A DNA stretch of 64,000 bases from Epiperipatus broadwayi. Lineage: Eukaryota; Animalia; Onychophora. The stretch is taken from positions 12,462,001 to 12,526,000 of the forward strand of contig JAQFVV010000005.1 of assembly GCA_028023455.1 (NCBI GenBank). The letters are read 5' to 3'. Shown piece by piece: positions 1 to 11,795 of the stretch. Within the stretch, counting starts at the first letter, position 1. The number at the start of each line of letters is the position of its first letter. Below the pieces are notes generated by a model, which worked only from the letters and a program-made list of their open reading frames with translations, had not been told where the DNA came from and did no database searches. The position numbers and the translations under genes are program-made.

Positions 1-149
1 TTTTTCTGTAAGTGACGATAGAATGTTCTGATGAAATATGTATACATAGTTTGTTCATGGAATAAAAACATGATTTGTAAGGAAAATTATAGAAATTGAG
101 AGATAATAAATATACCTTTCAAATTTGCTGCCAAACTTAACTGATAGAG

Positions 150-267
150 GACGCCATTTAAACTTCCAGTGACGTGTTTGGGTAAAATCAGATCTTTCAT
201 TTATATATTATTATATATTTATTTCCTAATCATGGATGGAAAACAATATCTGGGGATTTAGGTAAGT
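150..267 (+). promoter_or_regulatory. Candidate promoter / non-coding first exon ending at a GTAAGT splice donor
   Basis: CpG-retaining patch with YY1-like ACGCCATTT (151-159) and CRE half-site TGACGT (170-175), then AG|GTAAGT at 261/262. Link to the downstream ZNF genes is inference. Confidence 0.3.
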
Positions 268-1354
268 TTCTACTGCTGGTATTTGCAGATTCATGTTTTC
301 TAAGTTTTTTGTACATTATTAGAATTAATATTGGATAGCGTATTGCGGGCCTCTTCATTAATCTAAAAAGTATAACTAAATTAAACCGTTAAATTTATAT
401 TACTTAAATATTTTATTCAATTGTTTTAAAGTAGCCATTTTACACAATAAAAAAACTCATTTTGTGACTTCTTCTTTTGTTTTGTTTATTCAGCACCTAC
501 TAATTAGACTTCAAATGATTTCATTATAAACTGTAACCGACATTTTAGTATCGAGATGCTTTTATTTTCCGATGACAAATTTTACTATTTTACTTTCCAA
601 AAAATTATAGACTTCCTACGTAACATCTATGCATATAATTTTCTGTTTACTTTTATTAGGATCCTTTTTTTTTTTCATCAAATCTTTCGTATATTTTTGT
701 AAAAAGTAAGTAATGGAATAATTTATTTATGAGGGTTTATAGGAACTTCAAGCACCGCTAATGACTGAGCAGCAGCCGCCGTCCATGGCCCTTGAATTTC
801 AAAATCTGCCATTCTAAATCATAGAGGTAAAAAAAATCTAAATCGCTATGAATTTTAATAGATTTTTGGGTGAATGTCAATAACAAAAAAAAAGTAAAAC
901 AAATATTAATAATGTAATTTAACTGGCCTAGAAGAATTTAATTAATCCATGTCAATATCGTGGTTTATCAATTGAAAATTTTGTTTTTCGTTTATATTTT
1001 GAAAGGCATATTACTCAAATTATATATTTAAAAGTTTTTAATGAAAAACTTGCATTTTCCATTAATTTCGCCACTGGTGAGATTCCTGAAATATACGGAG
1101 CTAGTTCCATTCAGAAAATACGAAAGCAAGCATTATTTTATAGTTGTTTTTAATAACACTCGTTTGTTTTTACAATACTGTATAATAAATTATCGTTTTC
1201 TTTATATTCACTTTAAGCTGAAGACAAGGTGACTTGGAGTATGTATTTAAAATATAGTATTTCTTTTATTCAGTATTAATATTCAATATTATAAATTGCA
1301 TTTATGGCTTCCTAGAAGGAATAAAAGTTCAATCATATTAAAAATGATAGTGTA

Positions 1355-1879
1355 TAATAATTGTAAACAAATTAATCATAATTGTTTTGACTTATTATTG
1401 ACACCTATGTGTATGTATAGACAAAAAGAGTTTGTGATAGTACTTTTGCGACATATTTGATGTGGATGAAACTCAAAAATTGTTTCAAATAGTAAGAACT
1501 GAAACACAGGCTTATTATATACCTGTGTCTAATAATTGTAAACAAATTAATCATAATTGTTTTGACTTATTATTGACACCTATGTGTATGTATAGACAAA
1601 AAGAGTTTGTGATAGTACTTTTGCGACATATTTGATGTGGATGAAACTCAAAAATTGTTTCAAATAGTAAGAACTGAAACACAGGCTTATTATATACCTG
1701 TGTCTAATAATTGTAAACAAATTAATCATAATTGTTTTGACTTATTATTGACACCTATGTGTATGTATAGACAAAAAGAGTTTGTGATAGGGCTTTTGCG
1801 ACATATTTGATGTGGATGAAACTCAAAAATTGTTTCAGATAGTAAGAACTGAAACACAGGCTTATTATATACCTGTGTC
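1355..1879. repeat. 3 x 175-bp tandem repeat
   Basis: Units start at 1355, 1530 and 1705 (TAATAATTGTAAAC...CCTGTGTC); copy 3 differs at a few bases. Each unit ends in the hairpin ACACAGG-N11-CCTGTGT. Confidence 0.97.
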
Positions 1880-1988
1880 TATATATGTAATATATAGGGT
1901 ATATGAGCACAGACTTTCACACCACCCACCACTCTATCTCATTGCACTGATACACCCAAACACATATATGTTGAAAAGATAAATAATC

Positions 1989-2032
1989 ACCAATATACGT
2001 ATTTCATGCTAAACCAGCCATCATCAGTTGGT
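1989..2032 (-). ncRNA. Minimal type I hammerhead ribozyme motif (family A, left arm)
   Basis: Minus strand reads ACCAA-CTGATGA-TGGCTG-GTT-TAGCAT-GAAA-TACGTA-TA-TTGGT: perfect 5-bp stem I, intact core, palindromic stem III; stem II partly mismatched. Confidence 0.75.
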
Positions 2033-2554
2033 CCAGATTACCATCTCTACACATATATGCTACAAGTGCTCAGATATATATTAAGATAGCCAATCTTCAT
2101 ACTTTAACGGACAGGCTTCAATCTACTCCTCACTCCAACTCTTCAACCGTCCATCCAATTGAAAATCTGATGATGGAATGCTCAAAGGCCACCCTGAGGC
2201 CGAGATTCTTGTCACACCCATGTTGACCTAAGGTCAATCTGACCCCTCATGTACAGGACATAATCCATTTAATACATATACAAGGGATGGGCAGACATCT
2301 CTACTATGTAATAACTGAAACACAGGCTTATTATATACCTGTGTCTATATATGTAATATATAGATATGGGTGTGACAATAATCTCGGCCTCAGGGTGGCC
2401 TTTGAGCGTTCCATCATCAGATTTTCAATTGGATGGACAGTTGAAGAGTTGGAGTGAGGAGTAGATTGAAGCCTGTCCATTAAAGTATGAAGATTGGCTA
2501 TCTTAATATATATCTGAGCACTTGTAGCACATATGTGTAGAGATGGTAATCTGG

Positions 2555-2598
2555 ACTAACTGATGATTGCTGGTTTAGCATGAAATACGTATATTGGT
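2555..2598 (+). ncRNA. Minimal type I hammerhead ribozyme motif (family A, right arm)
   Basis: ACTAA-CTGATGA-TTGCTG-GTT-TAGCAT-GAAA-TACGTA-TA-TTGGT; all core residues present, AUA cleavage triplet, U.U mismatch at the base of stem II. Confidence 0.8.
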
Positions 2599-4949
2599 GA
2601 TTATTTATCTTTTCAACATATATGTGTTTGGGTGTATCAGTGTTATGAGATAGAGTGGAGAGTGGTGGGTGAAGTGAAAGTCTGTGCTCATATACCCTAT
2701 ATATTTCAAATAGTAAGGAATTCTGAAGGAAATTTTAGAATTTGTTATCAGATATCTGGTTTTTAATGAAGTAGCCATCCACCTATTGATTGGTCATTGC
2801 GTACTTAATTATTAGCTAATGTTAAACAATGTAAACAAAACTGCTAAAAACATGCATTCACTAATATTTTTTATAGTTCTTTTTGAAAGGAGCAGGGGCA
2901 TACTGGAAATGTCTTTTTCTGCCATGGGATATTTAATGCCTTTATCTATATTACTTTTTTTTTTTATTTGAAAATAAACATTTTGCACATAACCCATTGA
3001 ATACATCTTAAAATAATCTTCTCTACTAAATATTTTTGTTTGTATGTTACTAGTGTATCTTATATAAAAACATTTACTTGCTAATGTAAGAACATATCAA
3101 CTGTGGATGCAATTATTTAAGAATCCAAAAGTAATTATGAACATATGTGATTCAATCACTTCTTCGATTTGATCAGATACCATTGGTATTTGATCATCTG
3201 GTTTGTTGAGGGTCACTTTTTCTTATTATCTTCTATTTTTTCACACATAGTTTTACAAAGAATTTGATCACATGTTTAAAATAAAATTTTTATTCTGAAC
3301 TTAGAATAATTTGTAGATCTTTTTATTGAGAGGCCATATTCTTGTTTTTATGAAGTACTCAGTGTTCATAATGACTACGTTTAATGACCTTAATATATTT
3401 TTATTTATTTTTCTCATTCTAAAGAATAAAGTCTGCAGTGTAAAACGAAAAATTTTGCTACATTATGCCCCCCCCCCCAGCAGATAACCATTCAGTTATT
3501 TATTATATACCTTATAGATATTGTTACATTCTAAATATGTTTATAACTGAAGACTCCAGGACTGGGTTTTTTGCTTAATGAATTTCTTCTTATTAAGGAC
3601 TGACTAAAATAGAGTAACACTGTTTAGTATGCATTACTTTTAAAATAGTTCATTTTAACCATATTTATTTTAACATTTATCTTTCATTCACTTCTAGAAC
3701 TTTCCATATGCCTTGTTGCTTCTTTATTTTTAATGTCATTGTGGTATTGTTTTTCACATAGTTATTCCCTTTCCCTCAGGTATATTGAACGTATTATTTG
3801 ACACAAATGACACCATTAAAGTCTTTATGATTATTACTGTACTACATCCTGTCATCTTTTTAGTAATGCCTGATTTTATTAATTATTCAGCATACATACA
3901 TAACTGTATTTCAGATTGAATATTTTGGAAATACTATGTATTCAAATCATGTCCAATAGTTTCAAATACTATATTTTCTCATATCCACAATTTCCATATC
4001 TGCAGTTTCAATTATCTGAAATTTAAAAAAAAAAATTAAAGTTAGATATTTAATATAGTTTTATTTTTTTAATTCATATTGTTTCTATAGTGTGTATATG
4101 TGTCTATATGTTTGTGTGTTTTATTACAAGTGAGCCCATTTAAGTGTCCTCTAGCATCTCAATTTAATTAAGATATAAAATATTAATAATAACCAAGTGA
4201 GAAATATGCTATTAAACTGGCATTCAAGCCATTCTGATTTGTAGTAAGTAATATTAGGGCTTGTCATAGCTGATGAAGAATTTTATGAGAAACTGATCTT
4301 GTGAATCTTAATGACATAGTTCCCAATTGAAAATTTGGCTATTATACATCTTAAATAATGAATTAATAGGCAGTGCTTATTTACATTTAAGATATTGCTC
4401 TATAATGTACTAGTTATATCATTGATTATATATTTATATTTGTTAAACATGTTTTTGGCATCTATATACAATATAAACACACACCTATATGTATGCATGT
4501 TTAAAATCAATAATGATTTACGTTGTATCCATAAAATTAAAACAAAATTGTGGTGATAAAGGTGGCTACTATAGATCTTAAAAGATTTTTAAACTGTTGA
4601 TTGTACATTTTTTGCTTTTAAAAATAAGATTAAAGAAAGCCTTAGTAATTATCAATAATCTTATAAAAATGGATTTTATATGTAATCTGCCCAAAGGCAG
4701 CATGTTGTAACTAAGATACTATAATTAAGTGATAAATATTTGATTATTGATAGTGTGGTTTGCCGTAATTTATCGTAGTATTTTAGTGTTTACAGCTAGA
4801 TATGTCATGAACTCTCGGTATCTCACTCATTAAAATGCAGATATGAGAAAGAAAACTTTAAGAATCATTACTTTAAGATGTATATCTTCATTTACAAATT
4901 TCTTAATAATTGTTTCATGTTCATAACTATTATTTTTATATTTATTTAG

Positions 4950-6200
4950 GTTGATAGTAATTGATATCTGACAAACTCCTGATCTAAAATATCATGTGAT
5001 TATTGTGATTCTATCCTAGCAGAAGCATGTAAACACTATTTATTTAATCATTATAATTTAAAAAATTATGGCAAGCCAAGATTAAATTGATAATGATTTC
5101 TTCAACTCTATAATTATATCAAGTAATTATTTATTATATAGTCTTCTTTGTGAGAAATAAATGCATTGATAAATAACCAATTTGAATTAAAATGGCCATT
5201 AACATTCCATAATAAATATTACCAGTTTCTATAATGTTCTCATCTTGTTGAGGAAAGAAGAATATTCTGAATAGATTTTATGAAAAAAATAGTCAAATGC
5301 TTTATTTGTTTGAAGTTCTTAAAAAGTTTGAGCACTGGAAATGGCTAAGCAATGATCCATGGACCTTGATCTTCAGAGCCTGCCAATCTGCTACTGCATC
5401 AAATCAGACAGGTGCCAGGATTAATTAATGTATGATGATCTAATCCTGCTGTAACAAAAAACACTGATTTTGTTAAAGTTAGTATGAGGAAACATTTGTC
5501 ATTAAAAATAATTGATAAATCTTATAATAAAATGGCATTAAATCTCATTATAAGTTGAATATGAATTTGTCATATATATATATATATAATATATAAAAAT
5601 TCATATCCGCTTATATTAATAATTGTAATTATTGTGATATATTATTATAAATAAGGTGTATGATGTACATATTTAAAGCTTCTTTAGTCATTGCAATAAC
5701 TATAACGATTGAAATGGAAAAAAAAAATCTTTCCATACAGATTTTGTAAAGAAAAAACTTCTAAAAAGCACTTTATCAGACGGTAAACATATTCATGTAA
5801 AAGTATAAAGATTTGGATTATTAGACTGGAATAGTAAAAAATTAAAATATATATGAAAGATCATATAAAGAAGGAAAAGCTTTCTATTACAATTTATGTA
5901 AGACCTAAAAAAATAAAATTTACATGCAGAAGAAAAATCATTGCAGTAAAACTTCTGTAAGTGATTACATGACTATTGTAAAAAGTAATAAGTAAATATA
6001 TTAAAGGAGACAAAAACGTTTTCAACTACAATTTATATCAATACAAAACTTCTGACAAAGAAGTTTTAAAATACACAAACAATATTTATTAATGATAATC
6101 TTTCTCACTGCAAGTTATTTACTACAAACTTGTTTTAATAATGGATAGGAAAAAGTCAATTCAGGAGTGCATGAAAGCTAATAGTGATCTAAAAGTATTA
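4950..6200 (+). pseudogene. Highly decayed C2H2 zinc-finger paralog
   Basis: TTAG|GTTGATAGTAA at 4950 resembles the exon starts at 9411 (+) and 30632 (-). 5700-6150 holds broken finger and linker remnants (EGKAFYYNLCK, HAEEKSLQ*NFC, YNLYQYKTSDKEVLK). Confidence 0.55.
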
Positions 6201-6699
6201 GCTTTTAACCATAAAATATCAAGACATTTTTTAATAAAAAAGACATTAATACTAAGTTAATTAATCATATATGGGTCTGGATCTTCTATTGTTAATGATA
6301 ATTAAACTTAATAGTGCTGTTTGTAAAGAATCTAAATAAAAAAACAATTTAGTATTATTGTTATAACATGGTGGTCAGTTTGCCTTCAAATAAATTTCAT
6401 TAAAAAAACAGTCATTTATTTGATTTGTATATTGGCATATTTTCTGGTAATAAAAAAGAAATAGTTTGTTGGATGTATCTTACGTGAATAAAAGTTAATA
6501 AGTATTTTTTAAATAGTTCATATTAGAATTTAAAGTGTTTGTCATTTGTTATCATTGAAACAAGATTTATTAAGATTATATACAAAAGAAAACATATACG
6601 TTTGAAAGCTTGCTATGAAACATCATATTTATTGACCACTTCAAAAGCAGATCTACAATTTTTTAAGGTTTGAACTTGGGTACAGGGACTTGCATTTGA

Positions 6700-8230
6700 C
6701 CCAGAGTTGATTTCCGGAAGTAATCTCAGTGAAATGAATATAGTTATGGCAAATATTCCATTACATATTCCCTCAATTACAAAACAAAAAAAAATGGTTT
6801 TACATATATAATATATAGTACAATGCAATCATAAATAATAGTAAATATAATCACAGATCCAGAGCCAAATTTCAAATAATGGACAAAGAAATTGCTTTTC
6901 AATTTAATATTGCTCAAGATAATTATTAGCATGACACCATATTACAGAACAATTATTTCTTTAGGGTTTTAGGTCTTCATTCATACCCTATAGATTTGTT
7001 TTTTGAAGTGAAATCATCCTCTATTTCTTTCATTCTACAATCCCTAATTCCCAGCATTATTATTAGTTTGATCATTGCCTATGTTCACGCTATATTTGTG
7101 TACAGATGTTGGTATCCATGTGGTGGGTGTCAGTTATTTTCTTATGAGTCATGAGGTTTTACCCATCTATTTACTATCTATACTGGATCAGGAGGTAAAT
7201 CCAAGAACAGTTTGAGGCTTCTTGCATTATAAGTTCCTATCAGAGTGATACTACCACAATCCCTTTTAATAATATATGTCCCCTTATATAATGGAAAGAT
7301 TTTTTTGTATTCTCTTAAGATTTTTATTACTGAGTTGTGGAGTTCAAATCTATATACAGTCTCATACTCAAAAGATGTGCAAGCCTCTTCCTCTTCTGAT
7401 TCTTCTCCTAGTTAGTTGTTCATTCTAAATTAATCCTGACATCACCTATATTCCTTTCTCTGTCAATAGTTATATTTCCAGATGGGAGAGGAATTTTAAT
7501 AAAGGGTTGACATGGCCTGCCATAGTGCAAGTGTGAGAAAGTAAAACCTGTAGATTCATTTATAGTAGTATTAATATGCTTAAGGATCTCTATAGCCTGT
7601 TAATTTTTCTCATGATCTGTTCACATGGATTGGATTAGGGATTTTTTATAGACATTAATGTGTATTTGACATTTTGATGCACCAACCATATCTTCCACTC
7701 CCTTGACGACAAAAGTTGACCCATGGTTGGATAGTATGGTTTGTGGTTTACCTACAGTAGGAAATTTTGCTCTTATAAAGCCCTGAGGTACAGCATGAAT
7801 CTGCTCTCAGTATTGGATAAATTTTAACATATTTAGCAAACAAATTGTAAGTGACCAACAGATACTGGAAATGTCAGTAAAGTGACAATGGACCATAATG
7901 ATTGATCACAAGTATTTCATTGGGATTCAATGAAATTACAGGAGATTGAGTCAGTAGTTAACAAATTGCCATCTGGTGCAACATCTTTTCAAGTTTAAAA
8001 AAATTGAAATTATATATAGTGCTTTTCGTTCTTTGTCTTTTCTCTCAACTAGGCAAAGTTTTGGCAATACCATTATTGGTAGTCACTCTTGTTCACAGAT
8101 AATTTCAAACACCCACTTTAGAGCTTCAATTTATTGCAATATTTCATCCATTATTCTAGTTTATATATTTTATTCACATTTTGCATTGGACAATTTGATG
8201 ATGTGCCAAATTTTGCCAAGATTCATGATT
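6700..8230 (-). mobile_element. Decayed Gypsy-type LTR retrotransposon fragment (integrase, possible PPT and 3' LTR start)
   Basis: Minus-strand remnants INHYGPLS, LFAKYVKIYPI, VGKPQTILSNHGSTF, SNPCEQIMRKINR resemble the integrase core. Purine tract GAGGGAATA followed by TGTAAT at ~6775-6760. Confidence 0.6.
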
Positions 8231-10238
8231 TGCTGATGAGCTACATTGCATTGCATGTTTTGTAAATATATTACAATGATCATGAGGTCATTGTACTTTG
8301 AAAAGATGTAAAACTTACACAACAATTTTTTTTCAGCAAATAGTATTTTTTAAAAAATTTAAGTATGTAAAATTTTGACTCATGATCTCAAAAATCTTTT
8401 CATTTTTACTTTATTATGTATAAACTTAAAATCAAAATTAGTACAAACATAAATGTAAAAGATTTGCCATCTAAAAATATTGAATAATTTTATTTAATAT
8501 TAACCTCAATTTTTGAAATGTATGTAATTAGTATGACATTTTTATATAAAGATACACACATTTTGCAAATAAGTGTGAATATTTTGAATTATAAACTTTT
8601 AATTATATTTAAAAATAATTAAATTATAGTTCATGTATTTTTAATAGTTTCCCAATATTACATTTTTTCTTTTTTATATTATTCCATCTTCCAATAAAAT
8701 TATGGACTGAGATTTCTTTGTAATTAAATTCAAATATTTGTAATTAAGATTTTATAATCTTACTGTGCCAAAACACTTTTTTTATTAATTACTCATTTTA
8801 ATATTTCAAATTTTTATTCAATGTTTTGATCAATCTATTAAAATATAATTTTGTAATTTATTTTTATTTTTTACTATTGTTATTAAATGACCATCCAAAA
8901 AAAAAAAAAGTTAATCCAGAAAGACTTGAAACTTTGAATTATCTATTATTAATTTGTGTCGATGATGATGAGTGTAGATATTCATGTATTAAAAATAATT
9001 GCACCACAAATATGTAATAAATAAATTTTGATGCTATATTGTAGATTCAAGATTTAATATCACTCATCACTATGTATTGTTAAACAAAAAGACTGATTTT
9101 TTTGTTGTGCACATATCTAACTACAATCGAATCTCATCAGGAATATATAACATGATTCTATTTATATAAAGAGTTATGGATATCAGGGTTATCTTGCATA
9201 ACTAAAATATGCTATGAGAGATCAGTCAGTATATTTTATATTAGTTAATAATTAGTAATATACGAGTGCTGAGATTCTCTTATTCATTTCATATTTATGT
9301 ATATATGTAAATTTCTTTAAATATTCTCATTGTGAATATGTAAATCTATTTTAGACAAATATACTCATTATATTCATTCTTTAATTAAATATGGTTTTTT
9401 TTTTTTTTAGGTTAATAGTAACCAATTGTAAAGATCCTAAGATGTCTTTATTATGATTCTATTCACAACAAAAACTGCTGCTCGTGTAATAGGGTCACTA
9501 GAATGGGGATGTAATGAAATCTGAGAGATGCTGATAACCATAATCACTCATTTTTCTTATATCACTTAATTTAATCCACTGTGCTGTTTAATACATTGTT
9601 ATAATGATGGATTCAAGAATTATACCTTCCTGGATCAAAGCTCTCTTTCATTGGTCAAATGTTATTATTTGCCAAGCAAATAATCAATTACTTTTTAACC
9701 TAATTTAATGATAGTTTTTTTTTTTTTTTGTGATTTGCTTTCTGAAAAAAAAACAATTTCTTAAGATAGATTGCTTTGAAAAGATTCTAATTTTGCCAAA
9801 ATAAGATCTTTTAATATGAAAATGGACTAAACTTTTGAAAAAATTTTAATGTTGAAGTTTGTTATACAAAGCATACTTACTTAGATAATTTAAGTAAATA
9901 GCTTAAATCTAAATCATTATAAGAATTAATTTGCATCAAGAAAAACTATCAGTAATAAAACATTTTGAAAAAATATTTATTTTACGACAATAGTATCCTT
10001 GCTCATATTGTAATGATGGATTTATCATTAAATTATTAAGGCATTTTCATGCATTAAAAAAAATTCCATTGGATTTTCTGCAAAAATTAAATAAAAAATC
10101 AAAGCTGTATCTTATGTGATTATAAAAAAAATGTATAACTTTATGAAAACATGTCATATAGAAGAAAATTATTTTGTGTGGTTTATAAGACTCTTGATAA
10201 AAATAATTTAAAAATCATATATCCAAAAAAAAAAAACT

Positions 10239-11795
10239 ATGGAAGATAAACCTTTGCATTTCTACTTATCAAACTATAATGCTGCTGAAAACAGTACCTT
10301 AGAATTTTATAAAAATATTTATATAGGAGATAAACCTTTCTATTGCAATGTCTGTCCTTATATGACTTTTAGAAAACATAATTTAAAAAATCATGAAAAA
10401 ATTCATGTGGAAGAAAAACCTTTTCAGTGCAATTTATGTAATTATAAAGCTGCTAAAAAAAAAAATTTTAAAATACATGAAAGAACTCATACTAGAGAAA
10501 AGCCTTTTCATTGCAACTTTTGTAACTACACAGCTGCTCAAAAAAAAAATTTAGAACTTCATGAGAGTTGTCATACAGGATACAAACCATTTCATTGTAA
10601 TTTGTGTAATTATGTGACTGCTAGGAAACATAATTTAAAGAACCATGAAAAAATACATATGGATGAAAAACCTTTTCAATGCAATATATGTAACTATAAA
10701 GCAGCTCAGAAAAAAAATTTAAAAATACATGAAAGAACTCATACAGGAGAAAAACCTTTCCATTGCAATTTTTGTAACTATAAGTCTACTCATAAAGGTA
10801 ATTTAAAAAACCATGAAAGAATTCACTTTGAAGAAAAACCATTCTATTGTAACCTATGTGATTTCAAGACTGCACGGAAGGGTAATTTAAAAGTACACGA
10901 AAGAATTCATAGTGGAGAAAAACCTTTCCATTGCAACTTATGTAATTATAAATCTACTAATAAAGGGAATTTAATCAATCATGCAAGAATTCATTTGGAA
11001 GAAAAGCCTTTTCATTGTAATTTGTGTGATTTCAAAACTGCTAGCAAAGGGAATTTAAAAATACATGATAGAAGTCATACTGGAGAAAAACCTTTTCAAT
11101 GCAACTTGTGCAGTTACAAAACAATTGCAAAAAGTAATTTAAAAGTGCATGAAAGGACTCATACAGAAGACAAATCTTACCACTGTAGTTGGTGTGATTA
11201 CAAAGCTGCTCATAAAATAAGTTTAGAACTTCATGAGAGTAATCACACAGGAGAAAAGCCTCTGCAGTGCAACTTATGTAATTACAAGACTGCTAGTAAA
11301 GGTTGTTTAAAAAATCACGAAAGAATTCATATGGAAGAAAAACCTTTTCATTGCAATGTATGTAATTATAAGTCTGCTCAAAAAGAAGCTTTAAGGATAC
11401 ATGAAAGAAGTCATAGTGGAGAAAAACCATTTCAATGTTGTTTGTGTGATTTCAAAACTGCTTCAAAAAGTTATTTACAAACACATGAAAAAAATCATAG
11501 TGGAGAAAAATCATTCCATTGCAATTTATGTGATTATCAGACTGCTGTGAAATGTAATTTGAAAATACACGCAAGAACTCATACAGGAGAAAAATCTTTT
11601 TATTGTAATTTGTGCACTTTTCGTAGTACTGTAAAAAGTAGTTTAAAAATTCATAAAAGAATTCATACCGGTGAACAATCTTTCTACTGTAATTTGTGTG
11701 ATTACAAAAACACAGAAAAAAATGCTTTACAAAGTCATGAAGAAAGTCATTTCACTTATTATGATACCATTGAAATTCTTGTATGTATTATTTAA
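10239..11795 (+). CDS. C2H2 zinc-finger protein, 17 tandem fingers plus a degenerate N-terminal finger
   Basis: Uninterrupted 518-aa ORF of C-x2-C-x12-H-x3-H repeats with (T/S)GEKP-type linkers. True start and upstream exons uncertain; candidate acceptor at 9410/9411. Confidence 0.92.
   Translation: MEDKPLHFYLSNYNAAENSTLEFYKNIYIGDKPFYCNVCPYMTFRKHNLKNHEKIHVEEKPFQCNLCNYKAAKKKNFKIHERTHTREKPFHCNFCNYTAAQKKNLELHESCHTGYKPFHCNLCNYVTARKHNLKNHEKIHMDEKPFQCNICNYKAAQKKNLKIHERTHTGEKPFHCNFCNYKSTHKGNLKNHERIHFEEKPFYCNLCDFKTARKGNLKVHERIHSGEKPFHCNLCNYKSTNKGNLINHARIHLEEKPFHCNLCDFKTASKGNLKIHDRSHTGEKPFQCNLCSYKTIAKSNLKVHERTHTEDKSYHCSWCDYKAAHKISLELHESNHTGEKPLQCNLCNYKTASKGCLKNHERIHMEEKPFHCNVCNYKSAQKEALRIHERSHSGEKPFQCCLCDFKTASKSYLQTHEKNHSGEKSFHCNLCDYQTAVKCNLKIHARTHTGEKSFYCNLCTFRSTVKSSLKIHKRIHTGEQSFYCNLCDYKNTEKNALQSHEESHFTYYDTIEILVCII

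Larger units (their letters stand above)
1847..2703. mobile_element. Family A hammerhead-containing element, head-to-head inverted pair with TSD
   Basis: Left arm 1847-2363 (minus sense); right arm ~2366-2703 (plus sense) is the near-perfect reverse complement of ~1890-2221. Flanked by TTTCA(G/A)ATAGTAAG at 1833-1846 and 2704-2717. Confidence 0.85.

Noticed and set aside
1355-1879. CRISPR-like array, or a hammerhead in the 175-bp repeat
   Set aside because: Units are contiguous with no unique spacers, the context is eukaryotic, and there is no CUGANGA core on either strand.
2414-2420. Family A as an integrated viroid-like RNA with ribozymes in both polarities
   Set aside because: The antisense CTGATGA lacks a closing stem and GAAA, so only one polarity is supported; kept as a weak finding.
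4270-4300. CTGATGA...GAAA as a hammerhead (also CTGATGA at 8233 and CTGACGA at 45098)
   Set aside because: No stem II or stem I pairing; 7-mers are expected by chance.
7976-8236. 86-aa plus-strand ORF
   Set aside because: Antisense shadow of the decayed Gypsy integrase region; no recognisable motif.
11781-11786. GTATGT splice donor implying a further ZNF exon
   Set aside because: The paralog has the same tail without a GT at this position, favouring a real stop; RNA-seq needed.
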